Below, piece after piece: positions 51,256 through 63,499 of a stretch of DNA of 64,000 nucleotides. The DNA comes from Raja brachyura (taxonomy: Eukaryota), in the NCBI GenBank assembly GCA_963514005.1, contig OY740782.1:150908001-150972000 (forward strand), written 5' to 3'. Under the pieces are notes generated by a model that did no database searches, had not been told where the DNA came from, and was given only the letters and a program-made list of their open reading frames with translations. Both the position numbers and the translations under genes were made by a program. Position 1 is the first letter of the stretch, and each line of letters starts with the position of its first letter.

Positions 51256-52354
51256 GCTATGACGTTCGATCCTTTGACTATGAAACGGATGCGGTTTAGT
51301 TCCAAATGTGGGAAAATGTGCATCAATTTGCTTTCACTGTGCTTTCTAATTGTTTGAGATTGTTGTGGTCCTTGGTCTGTGATGCATCTAACTGTATTTT
51401 CTGATCAACAGCAGGTACTTTGTCTCAGTTTGTTTTTTATCAGCGCATATGAAACAAACGACAGAAACGGATAAATCATGGGTGTAACATTTTCAAGTTT
51501 TTAAAGTGTATGTATTAATTGGTGGAATCACCTTGCCACCTTTAATCCAATCGCTAACAAAACTTGCATGGAAGAAGTAAAATGTTCTTGCAGCAAAACA
51601 CAGAAATGCAAGGCTCAGCGTCAGGGTTAATTGCGCAGTTATATATCTTGAAGTAGAATGAATAGGAAGGAACTGTGGATGCTGATTTATGCTGACGATT
51701 GACACAAAAAGCTGGAGTAACTCTGCCTGTCCCGCTGAGTTACTGCAACCTTTTTTTTAATCGATATTGAAGTACAATGAGATGGCCATGTGAACCAATG
51801 ATACAGCAAAGCTTAGTCCGTGAAACGCGATGTATAGAATAGCAATGTACCGGGTGTACTAGGGGACAGAGGAACTAGGGTGACGGAGGAACTGAAGGAA
51901 ATTCACATTATATTGGAATGTTATCTATGTAATCCATGTGTATTGTGTTATTCGTCGTTATTTCAACAATGATTGGCGCGGTGGTCATTGGGACAATGAA
52001 TTTCGGTGGTCTTTGGACAAAGATGTTTGGATTTTTGTGAAGAGTTTCAGCAAATGTGTGTTATGCAATTCATCCCATCGGCGGTATGATTCAGCCGGTA
52101 ATTGCGGGAGACGATATTGTTGCACAAATTTGACGTGTTTGTACGTTCAATTCGAGTGGCAGCGACCGGGTATTGCTGTTGTATGAAGTGTCGGATTATG
52201 TTATTTCAATAAACGCAAAGAAGATATATGTTTAAAAATAAAAATTTTCATAAATTACTAGAAATGATAAATAGGAACAGTAAATGTTGCAAACACCTAG
52301 AGGGTCACGCAGCCTGTGGCGAAAGACAAACCCCATAGAGGGGAGCCGACTGAC

Positions 52355-52600
52355 GGCTGGTAGCGCCAGAGACCCGACATCGTTCCCGAAATCAGGTGCA
52401 GACTGTGAGAACTGTGCGTTGTCCCTGTGGTTTCTTACTGGTGCTTTGCTTTCCACCCACAACCCAAAAGAGTGCAGGTTTGCAGGTTAATTGACCCGGG
52501 TGATTGACCCTAGTGGGTCGGGGGTGGATGCGATAGTGCGATAAAGTGGAACTTGTGTGTCGCCCTGGATTTGGTTGGCAGAAGGATCTATTTCTATGCT
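52355..52600 (+). mobile_element. Degenerate V-SINE (HE1-like)
   Basis: GCGCCAGAGACCCG...CCACCCACAACCCAAAAGAGTGCAGGTTTGCAGGTTAATTG. Confidence 0.55.
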
Positions 52601-52949
52601 ATATCTCTGATCGAAACTGATTTGCCATGATTTAGTCTCCCAACGACAGTCGAGCTGGAAAATGCTTGGTTTTCTCTTTCCACAAATGCTGCCGAGCCCA
52701 ATGACCCCATCGCTCTGTTTATATCAAAGATCACGAGTTTACCCATTTGGAAAATGCGTTGAATGTAAAATGGGGAGATTTCGGAACAGCTGCAGTTTGG
52801 GAATAACTTTTAATCCATGGATTTATTAGAAAGAGAATTTGAATTTGTGTTTGTCTCTGGCTCCCAATGTCATTTAAACATAAAATGTTCCTCTATTTAG
52901 TAAATAGCTAATGACAAATGTCAGTTTTACGAATAGTTACGGTAAAAAA

Positions 52950-54392
52950 TAATGAAAAATTGGGAAATGGAATGTTGGAAACGAAATGTTCTCTGCTATT
53001 TTAGACAATAGGTGCAGGAGGAGGCCATTCGGCCCTTCGAGCCAGCACCGACATTCAATGTGATCATGGCTGATCATCCCCAATCAGTAGCCCGTTCCTG
53101 CCTTCTCTCCATATCCCCTGACTCCGCTATCTTAATTTTAATTATAAAACAGGGTATCCTATTAATCCTTGAACAGAGTGGGAATTGAACTCGATGGCTT
53201 AAAGGAGGGTTTGAGTGACGTTCACATTTACATTTATTTAATTAAAACATTGATTTAGCAACATTGTGCATTTTCACCATTAAAAGTAGACTTCCTCTAT
53301 ATGAATTAATGCCCTTTCCTGTTGAAGTCACGAAGCAAACTCGGATATTTTTTATAGATTGCAGGTTGTAATTTATAATTGGTATCTTTTTTACTCGTTT
53401 CCTATCGGACAGTGATACAATGTTAATCATTCGTTCTTCAGTGCCGATGACATTGTAAACGTAAACTTGTTTTAAAGATGCTGGAAACTGAACTGAGCGT
53501 CATTGCATAAACATTAATTTTAATTGATTATTATTGAATTCATTAAGGCAATGGTGCACACAGACAAACATTTAAAACCTGTGCCAATTTATTTAATTAC
53601 AGAGTATTAACATGTTCTTATAATTTAAATGTTACATTTAGTTTCCAGAAGTTGTGGTACATAACCTTTATTAATTCCGATATTATATTGAGAGAGTTCT
53701 TTGTAATCCTTACCAATGCAATCTCATACATGGGTTTAATCTGGTATGAATGTAATGTTCTTGTCGGCTGGTTTGCTTTTCGGAATTTACTTGCAATTAC
53801 TGTCGGCATACAAATGATCGGTATATTTTCGTGAGTGATGGGGCAACAAAATACAGTTAAAAAGTGACATTTTAAGTGTGTTATTTGTGGTTAAATAACA
53901 GAGCTACCATTTCAATCCCATCCACCGCCTTAGTTGGTTTCGTTCGATGAACACATTTAAGGGCAAATTTCACGAACAAGATTGTGATTGTTTATTTTGT
54001 CTTCTCCCAAATTATGTTCGGGAGCCCGACATGGAAAACCCTTTATCCTTCCATTTTCTGTGATTTTATCGGATAATCTCTGAACCATTTATAAAACAAA
54101 AACTCTTCCCTCTTCCTCCAAATCAAAAGTTTAGCCATGGGCACTCTCAATGGCCCAAGCGAAACCTACCTAAATTATTTAATTTTAATTAAATTAATTT
54201 AATTTTAATTAAATAAATTTAATTTAAATAAATAAATGCAAATGTAATTGTGAACGTCAGTCAAACCCTCCTTTGAACCATTGATTTCAATTCCCACTCT
54301 GTTCACGGATTAGTGGGATACCTGTTCTGTAATTCAAATAGCAGAGAAAATTTTGTTTCCAACATTGCACATCATTTCACCAATTTCCATTT
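52950..54392. repeat. Imperfect ~150-bp inverted repeat pair (left about 52950-53235, split by a CR1 tail at 53003-53132; right about 54240-54392)
   Basis: For example GAACAGAGTGGGAATTGAA / TTCAATTCCCACTCTGTTC and AAAGGAGGGTTTGA.TGACGTTCACA / TGTGAACGTCA.TCAAACCCTCCTTT. Confidence 0.9.
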
Positions 54393-54399
54393 AGTTGGG

Positions 54400-54860
54400 T
54401 ACATGGGACAACCCCTGACACAGACTGGCCCTATCCCTGAACTCTTCGTCCTGTACCAATGCAGAACTCATTGACCTCATTGTCTACAAACTTTGACCAT
54501 ACGATCAAATTCACCGGGTCCATCCCCGACACATACCTCCCCTTTGTTGATCTCACCGTCTCCATCGCAGGAGATAGACTACCGACTGATATAAATTACA
54601 AATCTACGGACTCCCACAGCTATCAGGACTACATCTCTTCCAACCGTGCCTCCTGCAAAGACTCTATGTCCTACTCCCAAATTCATCCGTCTCCGCGCAA
54701 CTGCTCCCAAGATGAGTTGTTCCATACCAGGATATCCGAGGTCCTCATTCTTTGGGGAGCGGGTATTCCCCACTTTTACCATAGATGAGGCTCTCACACG
54801 TGTCTACACTGTATCCCGTAGTTCCGCCCTTGCTCCATCAACCCCAAGTCGCAACAAGAA
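54400..54860 (+). mobile_element. Penelope-like RT fragment
   Basis: IKFT..LPFVDLTVSIAGDRL.TDINYKSTDSHSY.DY.S. Confidence 0.8.
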
Positions 54861-55224
54861 GTGTGGTGAGATTGTAACCCATACGCCAATGTTAGTTATA
54901 GCCACTGAGCATTGACCATTCCTGAGAAACCCTGGGAATGTTACAGTAATTAATACTGGAGGCCTATCGATACATTTCCAACTCGAAATTGTGCGTACAT
55001 TTGACAGTAACTGCCGGATATTGGCACCCCAAGAAGTTTTCAGCCAATGTTTTCCAAGGTGGGATCAAGGTGGAATGATTAACTAATAGTTTATGATACT
55101 CAGGTGAAGTTGCATGAAATAGAAAACTGCGTAACGAATTGCTGTATAATGATTCCTCGCACTGAATATTTTGCAAAACGAGCAAGAGAGAGAGTTTAAC
55201 ATTCATGTGTCCTTTGCCTTGCAG

Positions 55225-55521
55225 CGGCTGATTCCCCGCCCAGCCCCTTCATTCTCTTCACCTGCGAGGATCACGGCTCCAGTGGTTCGTTCACCTATGG
55301 TTGTTTGGCGTTGGGCTATTCCCCTGCGGGCGCCAGTGTTTCTTGGAAGAAAGATGATAAACAACTGACCAAAGGAGTGAAGGAATACCCGGCAGTGTTC
55401 AATAAGTTGGGAACTTACACCCGGAGCAGCGAGTTAACCATCACTGAGGCGCAGGCAGGAGGAAGCGACATCTTCTGCGTGGTTCAACACGGCCAAAAAG
55501 AGTATCAAGTGAAAGTACCAG
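55225..55521 (+). CDS. IGHM: IgM Cmu1 exon
   Basis: AG|...|GT, 297 bp, phase 1; ADSPPSPFILFTCED...YGCLALGYSP..VSWKKD...YPAV.NK.GTYTRSSELTI...FCVV. Confidence 0.95.
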
Positions 55522-55559
55522 GTTTGTGTTGGGGTGCACCGCGAGGCCGAGGGTGGAGT

Positions 55560-56000
55560 TGAGAGTCGAGAGTCAATAATGTTTTATTGTCATATGTCCC
55601 AGATAGAACAATGAAATGTTTGCATGTATACACGCACACACACTCAAAAAACAAACTATAACAGTGCAATAATAATAATAATAATAGTCTATTGTAGTTC
55701 AGAGCATATGAGATTGCAGAGTTTAATAGCCTGATGGCTGTAGGGAAGTAGCTGTTCCTGAACCTGACCGTTACAGTTCTCAGGCTCCTGTACCTTCTTC
55801 CCGGTGGCAGTGGTAAGATGAGTGTGTGGCCAGGATGGTGTGGGTCTCTGATGTTGGCTGCCTTATTGAGGCAGCGACTGCGATAGATCCCTTTGATGAT
55901 GGGGGGTCCGAGCCGGTTATGGAATGGGCTAGTGGTCACAACATTTTGCTATCTTTTCCGCTCCTGGATGTTCAAGTTGCCGAACCAGGCCATGATGCAA
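55560..56000 (-). mobile_element. Rex1/Babar-type LINE 3' fragment
   Basis: IYRSRCLNKAANIRDPHHPGH...LPPGRRYRS...RFRNSYFPTAIRLLN. Confidence 0.8.
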
Positions 56001-56929
56001 TCCATATAATTCACGGGATTTGACAATTGAAGACAAGCACTTGACTTAATGTGCCCTGTTTGGTTTTAATCTTCATGTCATACTGAATGTCGAACGCTCA
56101 TCTGAGCTCCACGATCCACCTAGTCAAAGACAGGCAATTCATGTCTATATAGTGATGAGAAAATGCGGCTGCATCCACAGATGTCATGTAACATCTGGAA
56201 CACTGATGAAACTCCATCTGAACTTAACTACCAAAGGCTTAAAGTCTCAATAGAAAGTGACACATGCCTTACCCGCCAAATTATTCCAGCCCTTTGTTTC
56301 TATTTTGAATCAAACAACATCTACTGTTGTTGTTTCGATAAAACGGTGAGTTTTGTTTCCTGGCACCGAGGGACGAGAGCGATATTCACAATACGGAAGC
56401 ACTGCCGTATTTCGTTCTTGGGACGGAACGAAAGGCGGTGCTTCAAATATCGCGACAATTCACCATTTACAAAATCATAAAAAAACAAAAATTTCCCTGT
56501 AGAGAGCTTGAAAAGAGTGCTGGTCAATTTATTATCATCACGAGCACATCCATATAATTCGGGAGGAACTGCTCTATCCGTAGATAAGTTACATTTTAAC
56601 TCGCGAACAATCGAAGCGGCTGAGTGCACCATGTTGAGAACATTACAAGAGTATTAAAAGCACAGACACAGTCATAGAGGACAAAGGCAAAACAGTCGGC
56701 CCATTACATCCCTGTGACAACGAGTTACCGAGCTCTAATTTCCCCATTTACGAGCACTCGATGTACCGTGATAAACAAAGAATATAGCAGCATCTCGGGA
56801 AGTCCAGGTGAGTGGACGGCTACTTTTAATCAGAAAAAGTGATTTTCTTTTTCTTGGACAAAATATTGGGTGTCTTTATTAATCGACGATAGTTTATGAG
56901 CAATTCCAATGAAATTTATTTTCTTTCAG

Positions 56930-57247
56930 ACCGCGTGGTACATCATCCTACTCTCGCCATTACCATAACTGCCCTTGAGGAAATCAAGCGCAGCAGAAAA
57001 GCGACCGCCGTGTGTTTGGTCAACGATTTCACCCCAGCGAAATTTACTGTGAACTGGCTGAAGGATGGCGAGCCATTGCATTCTGGCATCGTCACCTCTC
57101 CCGCCTTCCAGGTGAACGTTAACGGTAACTTCTCGGCGACCAGCCAGTTGACATTCTCAGCTGCAGAGTGGTTCGGAGGTTCCGTCTATACCTGCCAAGT
57201 CAACCATGAAAAAGATTTGATAAGCCAAAACATCAGTAGGTCTCCAG
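56930..57247 (+). CDS. IGHM: IgM Cmu2 exon
   Basis: 318 bp, phase 1; ATAVCLVNDFTP..FTVNWLKDG...NGNFSATSQL...YTCQVNH. Confidence 0.96.
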
Positions 57248-58118
57248 GTAAGAAATACATCCGTGGTGTGTCTCGGGATATTAGTGTAAACATTAGCGCT
57301 CACGGTGGTAGTACTTCACTGACATTGTGAAAGCCTATGTGTAGAATAGAAGTGCAGATGCTGGTTTGCACTAAAAATAGAAACATAATTCCGGAGTAAC
57401 AGCGGGTTAGGCATCTGCAGAGAAAAGGAATAGGTGACGATTCGGGTCGAGACTCATCTTCCGAGTTGGAATCAGAGGAGAGGGAAACTAGAGGTATGAG
57501 AATGTACAAACAAATGAATGAAAAGACAAATCAAAGCCAGCAACGATGTACAAGGAAAGGTCGAGGCCACATTGGTCCGTTGTTGCTCTGGAAATGGTGA
57601 TAACGAGTAGATACAAAGAGTGAAACGAAACAGGACCGCAGTGAAACTAGTCGGATGACGAAGGTGGGGGGTGGCCGGAGAGAGATGGAATGCAAGTCCA
57701 AGAGGAGGAAGCTAGTGGAGACGGTATTGGTGGGTCATCACTGGCAAGGAGGTGGAGATCCTTATTTTTTTATTTGTACCTGTTAATACCTGTTAATGGA
57801 GGATGTGGACCCGAAACGGCCCGTATTCATTTTCTGCAGAGATGCTGACCCGCTGCCTGACCCGCTGAGATACAGTACTCCAGCATTGTGTGCCTATCGT
57901 GCTATAGCCCATGGTGCGATCTCTCATTTCATTTATTGTGTCGTTCACTGCACACAGACAAAAGGCAGTTCATGACGATTTACGACCCATGTTCCCAGAA
58001 TCACTACTCAGAAGGGGTCATGTACATATTAAGGTTTTGGGGGCGGATGCTTGGTGTAAACCTTCGATCCCGGTTACTCCTGCAAATGCTTATGTTCACA
58101 TTAATTATTGTGCCACAG

Positions 58119-58421
58119 ATCCTAATTCCTGCGATGAACCGAAGATTACAATCCTTCCACCACCTGTTGAACAAGAGTTAATGGAGATGACCGTGACGTT
58201 AACCTGTCGGGTATCCAATGCACCTTATGGTATCACAGTATCTTGGAACCACAAGAAGGAACATTTGGAATCAGAGATCCAGCCCACAGAACATGGGGAT
58301 ATCGTAGAGAGCAAGGTCAACATTTCGACTCGTGACTGGCTGAGTGGGGATTATTTCGAATGCGTGGTGAGCCATGATGATCTGCCGTCTCCAAAAACTG
58401 GACGAATCAACTGGAAGAAAG
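58119..58421 (+). CDS. IGHM: IgM Cmu3 exon
   Basis: 303 bp, phase 1; ITILPPPVEQ...VTLTCRVS...VSW...DWLSG.YFECVVSH.DLPSP. Confidence 0.96.
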
Positions 58422-58753
58422 GTGAGCCGGGGTAGCTGCAGAGGGGTCCTGTGGGCCAGAGGTGACTGGTGCACTTTTCTTCTGAGATAAATCTAAATGT
58501 AATGATTGAGATCACTCAGTCGGCGAAGCAATATATGCAAAATGAAATAGTGCTAAGACTTCACTGAGTCCTTGGTCAGAGCTGGAAAAGAGAGAATACG
58601 AGATGACTTTGCATGAATATGAGGTGGGAATTGCGTGAGGCAGATGAACCAAGGTAGAACTGCATTTAGTAATAAATGACAAAAGGAGCAGGAGACAACC
58701 ATGGTCATCAGAAATAACACGGACCAGAGACGGCGAATAGCTTGATCTTGTGT

Positions 58754-59134
58754 TAGAAACATAGAAACATAGAAAAATAGGTGCAGGAGTAGGCCATTCG
58801 GCCCTTCGAGCCTGCACCGCCATTCAATGTGATCATGGCTGATCATCCAACTCAGTATCCCGTACCTGCCTTCTCTCCATACCCCCTGATCCCATTAGCC
58901 ACAAGTGCCACATCTAACGCCCTCTTAAATATAGCCAATGAACTGTCCTCAACTACCTTCTGTGGCAGAGAATTCCAGAGACTCACCACTCTCTGTGTAA
59001 AGAATGTTTTCCTCATCTCGGTCCTAAAGGAATTCCCCCTGATCCTTAGACTGTGACCCTTTGTTCTGGACTCCCCCAACATCGGGAACAATCTTCCAGC
59101 ATCTAGCTTGTCCAACCCCTTAAGAATTTTGTAA
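58754..59134 (-). mobile_element. CR1 3' end in the Cmu3-Cmu4 intron
   Basis: ORF 58852-59220 C-terminal motifs. Confidence 0.9.
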
Positions 59135-59352
59135 GAGTGTTGTGAGTGTGTGAAGTGATCCATACAAATCTTCTGCCGTGCACAGGAGAGACGCACGTTC
59201 AGGTGTATATGTCTGAACAAAGAGACAAGTCACAAAAGGGGAAAGCAATGCCGTTAATACTGTCGGTTGGCAGTTTACTCACGTACGAATATATTAGCTT
59301 TTAATCGCTTTAACCGTCTTGTATAATAAACGCCATTTGAATTGTCCCGTAG

Positions 59353-59744
59353 CTCAACATCTGCTGGCACCGTCCATCTCAGTCCTTCTGCCGCCGACAG
59401 AAGAGATCTCCGCTCACAAGACTATCACCCTCACCTGTTTTGTGAGAGGATTCTCCCCTCGCAGGGTCTTCGTCACATGGACAGTTGATGACAAGCGGGT
59501 GCATTGGAGCAAGTACAGGAACACCGAGGTGGAGGCGGAGAACGGCAATGACACCTTCTTCACCTACAGCCTGTTATCCGTTGGGGCAGAGCAGTGGGCT
59601 AGCGGAGCCTCCTTCTCCTGTCTGGTGGGGCACGAAGCACTCCCCATGAAGACCATCGTCAGAACGGTCAATAAGTCCAGCGGTAAACCCAGTTTTGTCA
59701 ACGTTTCCCTTGTATTGATGGACACTGTCAATTCCTGTCAATGA
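59353..59744 (+). CDS. IGHM: IgM Cmu4 exon (59353-59682) plus secretory tailpiece ([20 protein letters not shown])
   Basis: [22 protein letters not shown]; tail with NVS sequon and penultimate Cys; internal donor G|GTAAAC at 59683. Confidence 0.97.
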
Positions 59745-59771
59745 GAATGAATTCCTTGCAAATTTCTCTGA

Positions 59772-59787
59772 AATAAATACTAATAAA
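59772..59787 (+). terminator. Twin AATAAA polyadenylation signals of the secretory mRNA
   Basis: AATAAA at 59772 and 59782, about 30-40 nt after the stop. Confidence 0.8.
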
Positions 59788-60159
59788 TATCTTTAACCTC
59801 CAATCTTGAGCTGGACACATGGCCACCCAATTAATTATATAAAACATTCTGCCAAAACGATGACTATATATTAACGATACTTGAAAATCTTGGCCACAAT
59901 TCACGGAAAACGGATGCAGACTGCACACACAGTAACAACGGGGTTTTGGAGATAAGTCACAACTGCACCACTGCATGCATCGCGGACACACTTCAACATT
60001 ATTGCTCTTGCTGGGCAGATATGGGTCCATGCCTTTGGATCTCCGTGTCCCTCCTTCTCCTGTTTCCAATCCATTCACACCTGAGGCAGGATCTCAAACG
60101 TTTACATCGTGCCATGCACTCAATATATATGAACACTATTGCATGAGGATTTAACAATA

Positions 60160-60176
60160 TAAACACACACAACACA

Positions 60177-60207
<31 letters not shown>

Positions 60208-60366
60208 TCGCTCTCTCTCACACACACACTCGCTTTCTCACACGCACACACACACACCCACATACACTCACACACACACACACTCGCACACATACACACT
60301 CTTTCTCACACTCTCTCTCTCACACTCTCTCTCACACACACTCTCTGTCACACACACTCTCACACG
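60160..60366. repeat. (CA)n/(CT)n microsatellite
   Basis: Direct reading. Confidence 0.95.
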
Positions 60367-60965
60367 AACGCGCCCAAAAAGAAGGAATGAGAGAGGAACA
60401 TCCATATATTAATGATAAGAGAATGTAACACGATGCACATGATGCAGAATGGCTTCAGGAGCGTAGAGCAGAAACAGCCTGTATCAATTCAATGAAAGTA
60501 ACGTAATTCTAAGTACAACTAAGTGGAACCTAAAGAACAAGAATAAAGTGTCACCATTATATATTGTTCCCATGAAGAAGTGGGCCATTTAACTCCGGGT
60601 CGAGAATGCTGTGACGTTCAGTTATTAAACGGTCATCACAATGTGTGCAGGCGAATGGTGGGATAACCGCTCTGAGTGGCTCGTGAGAACACAAACTTAG
60701 AGCCAAATATCAGATGCAGCGAGACATTGAATAACACGCCGGTTCGAGCATTAGACAAGGCCACATCCGTTTCCAGCTGTCCCCCAGATGTACACGAAGC
60801 ATACTCACCACAAAACATCAGCAAGCGCACAAAAATAAAATCATTTATGGGGTCGCATAGAAACATACATAAAACGCAATTAACGACATGTTTACCCCAT
60901 AGCACATGGACATCCACCTAAACAGACCAGCAATCAAACGTTCTTTGAAATGCAAAATAATCGGG

Positions 60966-61271
60966 ACATAGAAACATAGAAAATAGGCGCAGGAGGAGGC
61001 CATTCGGCCCTTCGAGCCAGCACCGCCATTCATTGTGGTCATGGCTGATCGTCCCCAATCAATAACCCGTGCCTGCTTTCTCCCCATATCCCTTGACTCC
61101 ACTAGCCCCTAGAGCTCTATCTAACTCTCTGTTAAATCCATCCAGTGACTTGGCCTCCACTGCCCTCTGTGGCAGGGAATTCCACAAATTCACAACTCTC
61201 TGGATGAAAAAGTTTTTTCTCACCTCAACTTAAATTACCTCCCCTTTATTGGAAGACTGTGGCCCCTGGTT
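60966..61271 (-). mobile_element. CR1 3' end
   Basis: CR1 3' UTR and tail. Confidence 0.88.
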
Positions 61272-62305
61272 TGCTAAAAGTGCATATTTGCACAAAAACG
61301 GTTAGCTAAAAGCACATATTTGCACAAAAAAACCCAACATTAATACAACACAAATGCATTTAGGCTCTCACTTTAATACCAATGGACTTTCAAAGCAGAT
61401 TTCCTGTGACAATACACGCTAGTAAATATATTGGCTCATATTATATTTTTCTTCTTCATAAATGCTGAGTGACGTTGAAATAGATTTTCCACAGCAACGC
61501 ACGCAGTATATGTGCTCGCACACACACACACACGCGCGCATACACGCACACATACACTCTCACACACACACACACACACACACGACCATGAACCAATACG
61601 AAAAGGATGTTAGGATTTTAGCAAACTTCTACTTAATGATGCAAATCTACCTAGTTACAGGCAAACGAAAGGGCCATTCAGATCATTTAACCAGTAGTTT
61701 TCCACGCGTTCCTAAAAACTAAGTGTAACCGTAGATCATTCATGCTCCATGTTTTACACTAGAAAGATAATGCCTATAAAATGGTTCAAAGTTATTTTTT
61801 TGTACACAAGCCTTCCTCCATCCCCTAACCGAAAACAGGATACATCAGACAACATGGTTCTAATGAGGGAATGATGGCAAATTATTGGGAGCCAATGTTT
61901 GCATTCAGTGAGTTCCTTCGCCGATCTCCGGTCACCATCTCCAAATAAAGGGTTATCTGATAACATTGTAAGCAATAACCAGCTTCAAGTTTTATACCAT
62001 CCCGGTTAGTAAATTATATTAATGGGAAGCGGACGTTTATAGAATGGGCAATTAATCCCAGAAATGTACATACACATTGCTTTCTCCAAAACTATTCATA
62101 AACGGTTGGTTATAAGCAGCTGTGTCTACAAGTGGCCTTGATTTTGGATACAATTGTTGAGGATGATCACCTCAATGTAAAAACAGCTCATAGGAAATTA
62201 ATATCCCTAATGTTAATGTTCGTATTATTTTGGTAAATAATAAATAAAATACAATGTTGTATATTAGAATAGATTGTGAACGTCTTCACGTTCTGCTTTG
62301 CGTAG

Positions 62306-62433
62306 ATTACGCCGACAACGTTCGTCTGGAGGACTATGAGGAAGACAGAGACAATATCTGGACAACTGCTTCCACATTCATTATCCTGTTCTTCCTGAGC
62401 ATTTCCTACGGTGCTGCCGTAACTCTGGTGAAG
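62306..62433 (+). CDS. IGHM: IgM TM1 exon (DYADNVRLEDYEEDRDNIWTTASTFIILFFLSISYGAAVTLVK)
   Basis: Acidic spacer plus WTTASTF..LF.LS..Y...VT conserved antigen-receptor TM motif; in frame with the Cmu4 internal donor; donor is AAG|GCGAGT. Confidence 0.96.
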
Positions 62434-62567
62434 GCGAGTTCATTCCACTTACTTTTCCACCTGATTGAAGAGCACGGCAAAATATCGATTCTCGTACTCT
62501 TTGGATGTCCTGGCATCTAAGTCACAGACTGCTAATACACTTTCATATTCTCTCCTTCTCTTTACAG

Positions 62568-62576
62568 GTCAAGTGA
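62568..62576 (+). CDS. IGHM: IgM TM2 exon (VK-stop)
   Basis: Branch-like GCTAAT, pyrimidine tract, TTTACAG|GTC AAG TGA, giving the canonical KVK tail. Confidence 0.92.
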   Translation, partial: VK

Positions 62577-62984
62577 CGATTGAATGATGAAAACCGTGTA
62601 TTTTTCTGACCGGACTATGGACGTCGTTGTAACCAAAGGAAATGTTCAAATCTGAAGCGGACAATATCATAAGCAATAGTCCATTCTGTCTATCTGACTT
62701 GTTTGATATTGCCTAGTTGCCTTTAGTATAGCGTTAATGTATCAAACTATTTTAATCGGCATTTGAATATCATGTGAAAAGAAGTCAATTTTCTCAAACG
62801 GTAAACGTTTCTTTTTTTATTTTGATCTTTTTTCTATACATTCTCTTTTTCTTTAGCATGGGCCATATTTGTGTCCTTCCGGTATTGAATGCCGTTGTAT
62901 AGAAAGTCGGGAACGCTGTTTATGTGAGATCGTCAACTTCATGTTAAATTCAGACACACTATCTATGCCTGTCATTATTCTAAC

Positions 62985-63190
62985 AGCTTCTACCGGGTCT
63001 CCCTTCAACCTCCAACGCGCCGAAGAAAACAATCCATGTTTGCCAACCTCTTCTTATAGCTAATGATTCTAACCCCTGCAGCATTCTAGTAAACCTCTTC
63101 TGCATCTTCTCCAAAGCCTCCACATTATTCCTTCGAAGGGACGACCTGACCTCCACACTATACTCCAAGTGCGGCCAAACCAAAAGCCTG
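62985..63190 (-). mobile_element. Old CR1 fragment
   Basis: LVWPHLEYSVEV...LEKMQKRFTRML. Confidence 0.75.
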
Positions 63191-63499
63191 TAAATAAAAT
63201 GTAATGTAAATACATGTGTAAATACATACCCAACAATCCAACGGGTGCGCACATTCCACGTATGAGCAAATATCTATTTACTCCTTTTCTGCTCAATTGT
63301 CCTTTCCTTAATTCAGAGCTAACCTTTGACTCTCGAGCTACATGTTCAATGTACCTGGTCTCAGCGTGGAATTCAGTTGTTTTGACCACTTTGTGTTATG
63401 CTGTTAAAAACGTCTCTGTAATATGTTTCTGTTAAATCACAAATAAAAGCAGAACTACAAAAGCCTAACCTGGTTTGCTATGTTCGTTTCTCGAACGAA

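Noticed and set aside
50607-55224. Class-switch region in the J-C intron
   Set aside because: No tandem AGCT/G-rich repeats seen
55225-59744. Alternative isotype (IgW, IgNAR or germline-joined IgM)
   Set aside because: Four mu-like C exons, a mu tailpiece, a conventional VH and intact unjoined RSS indicate standard IgM
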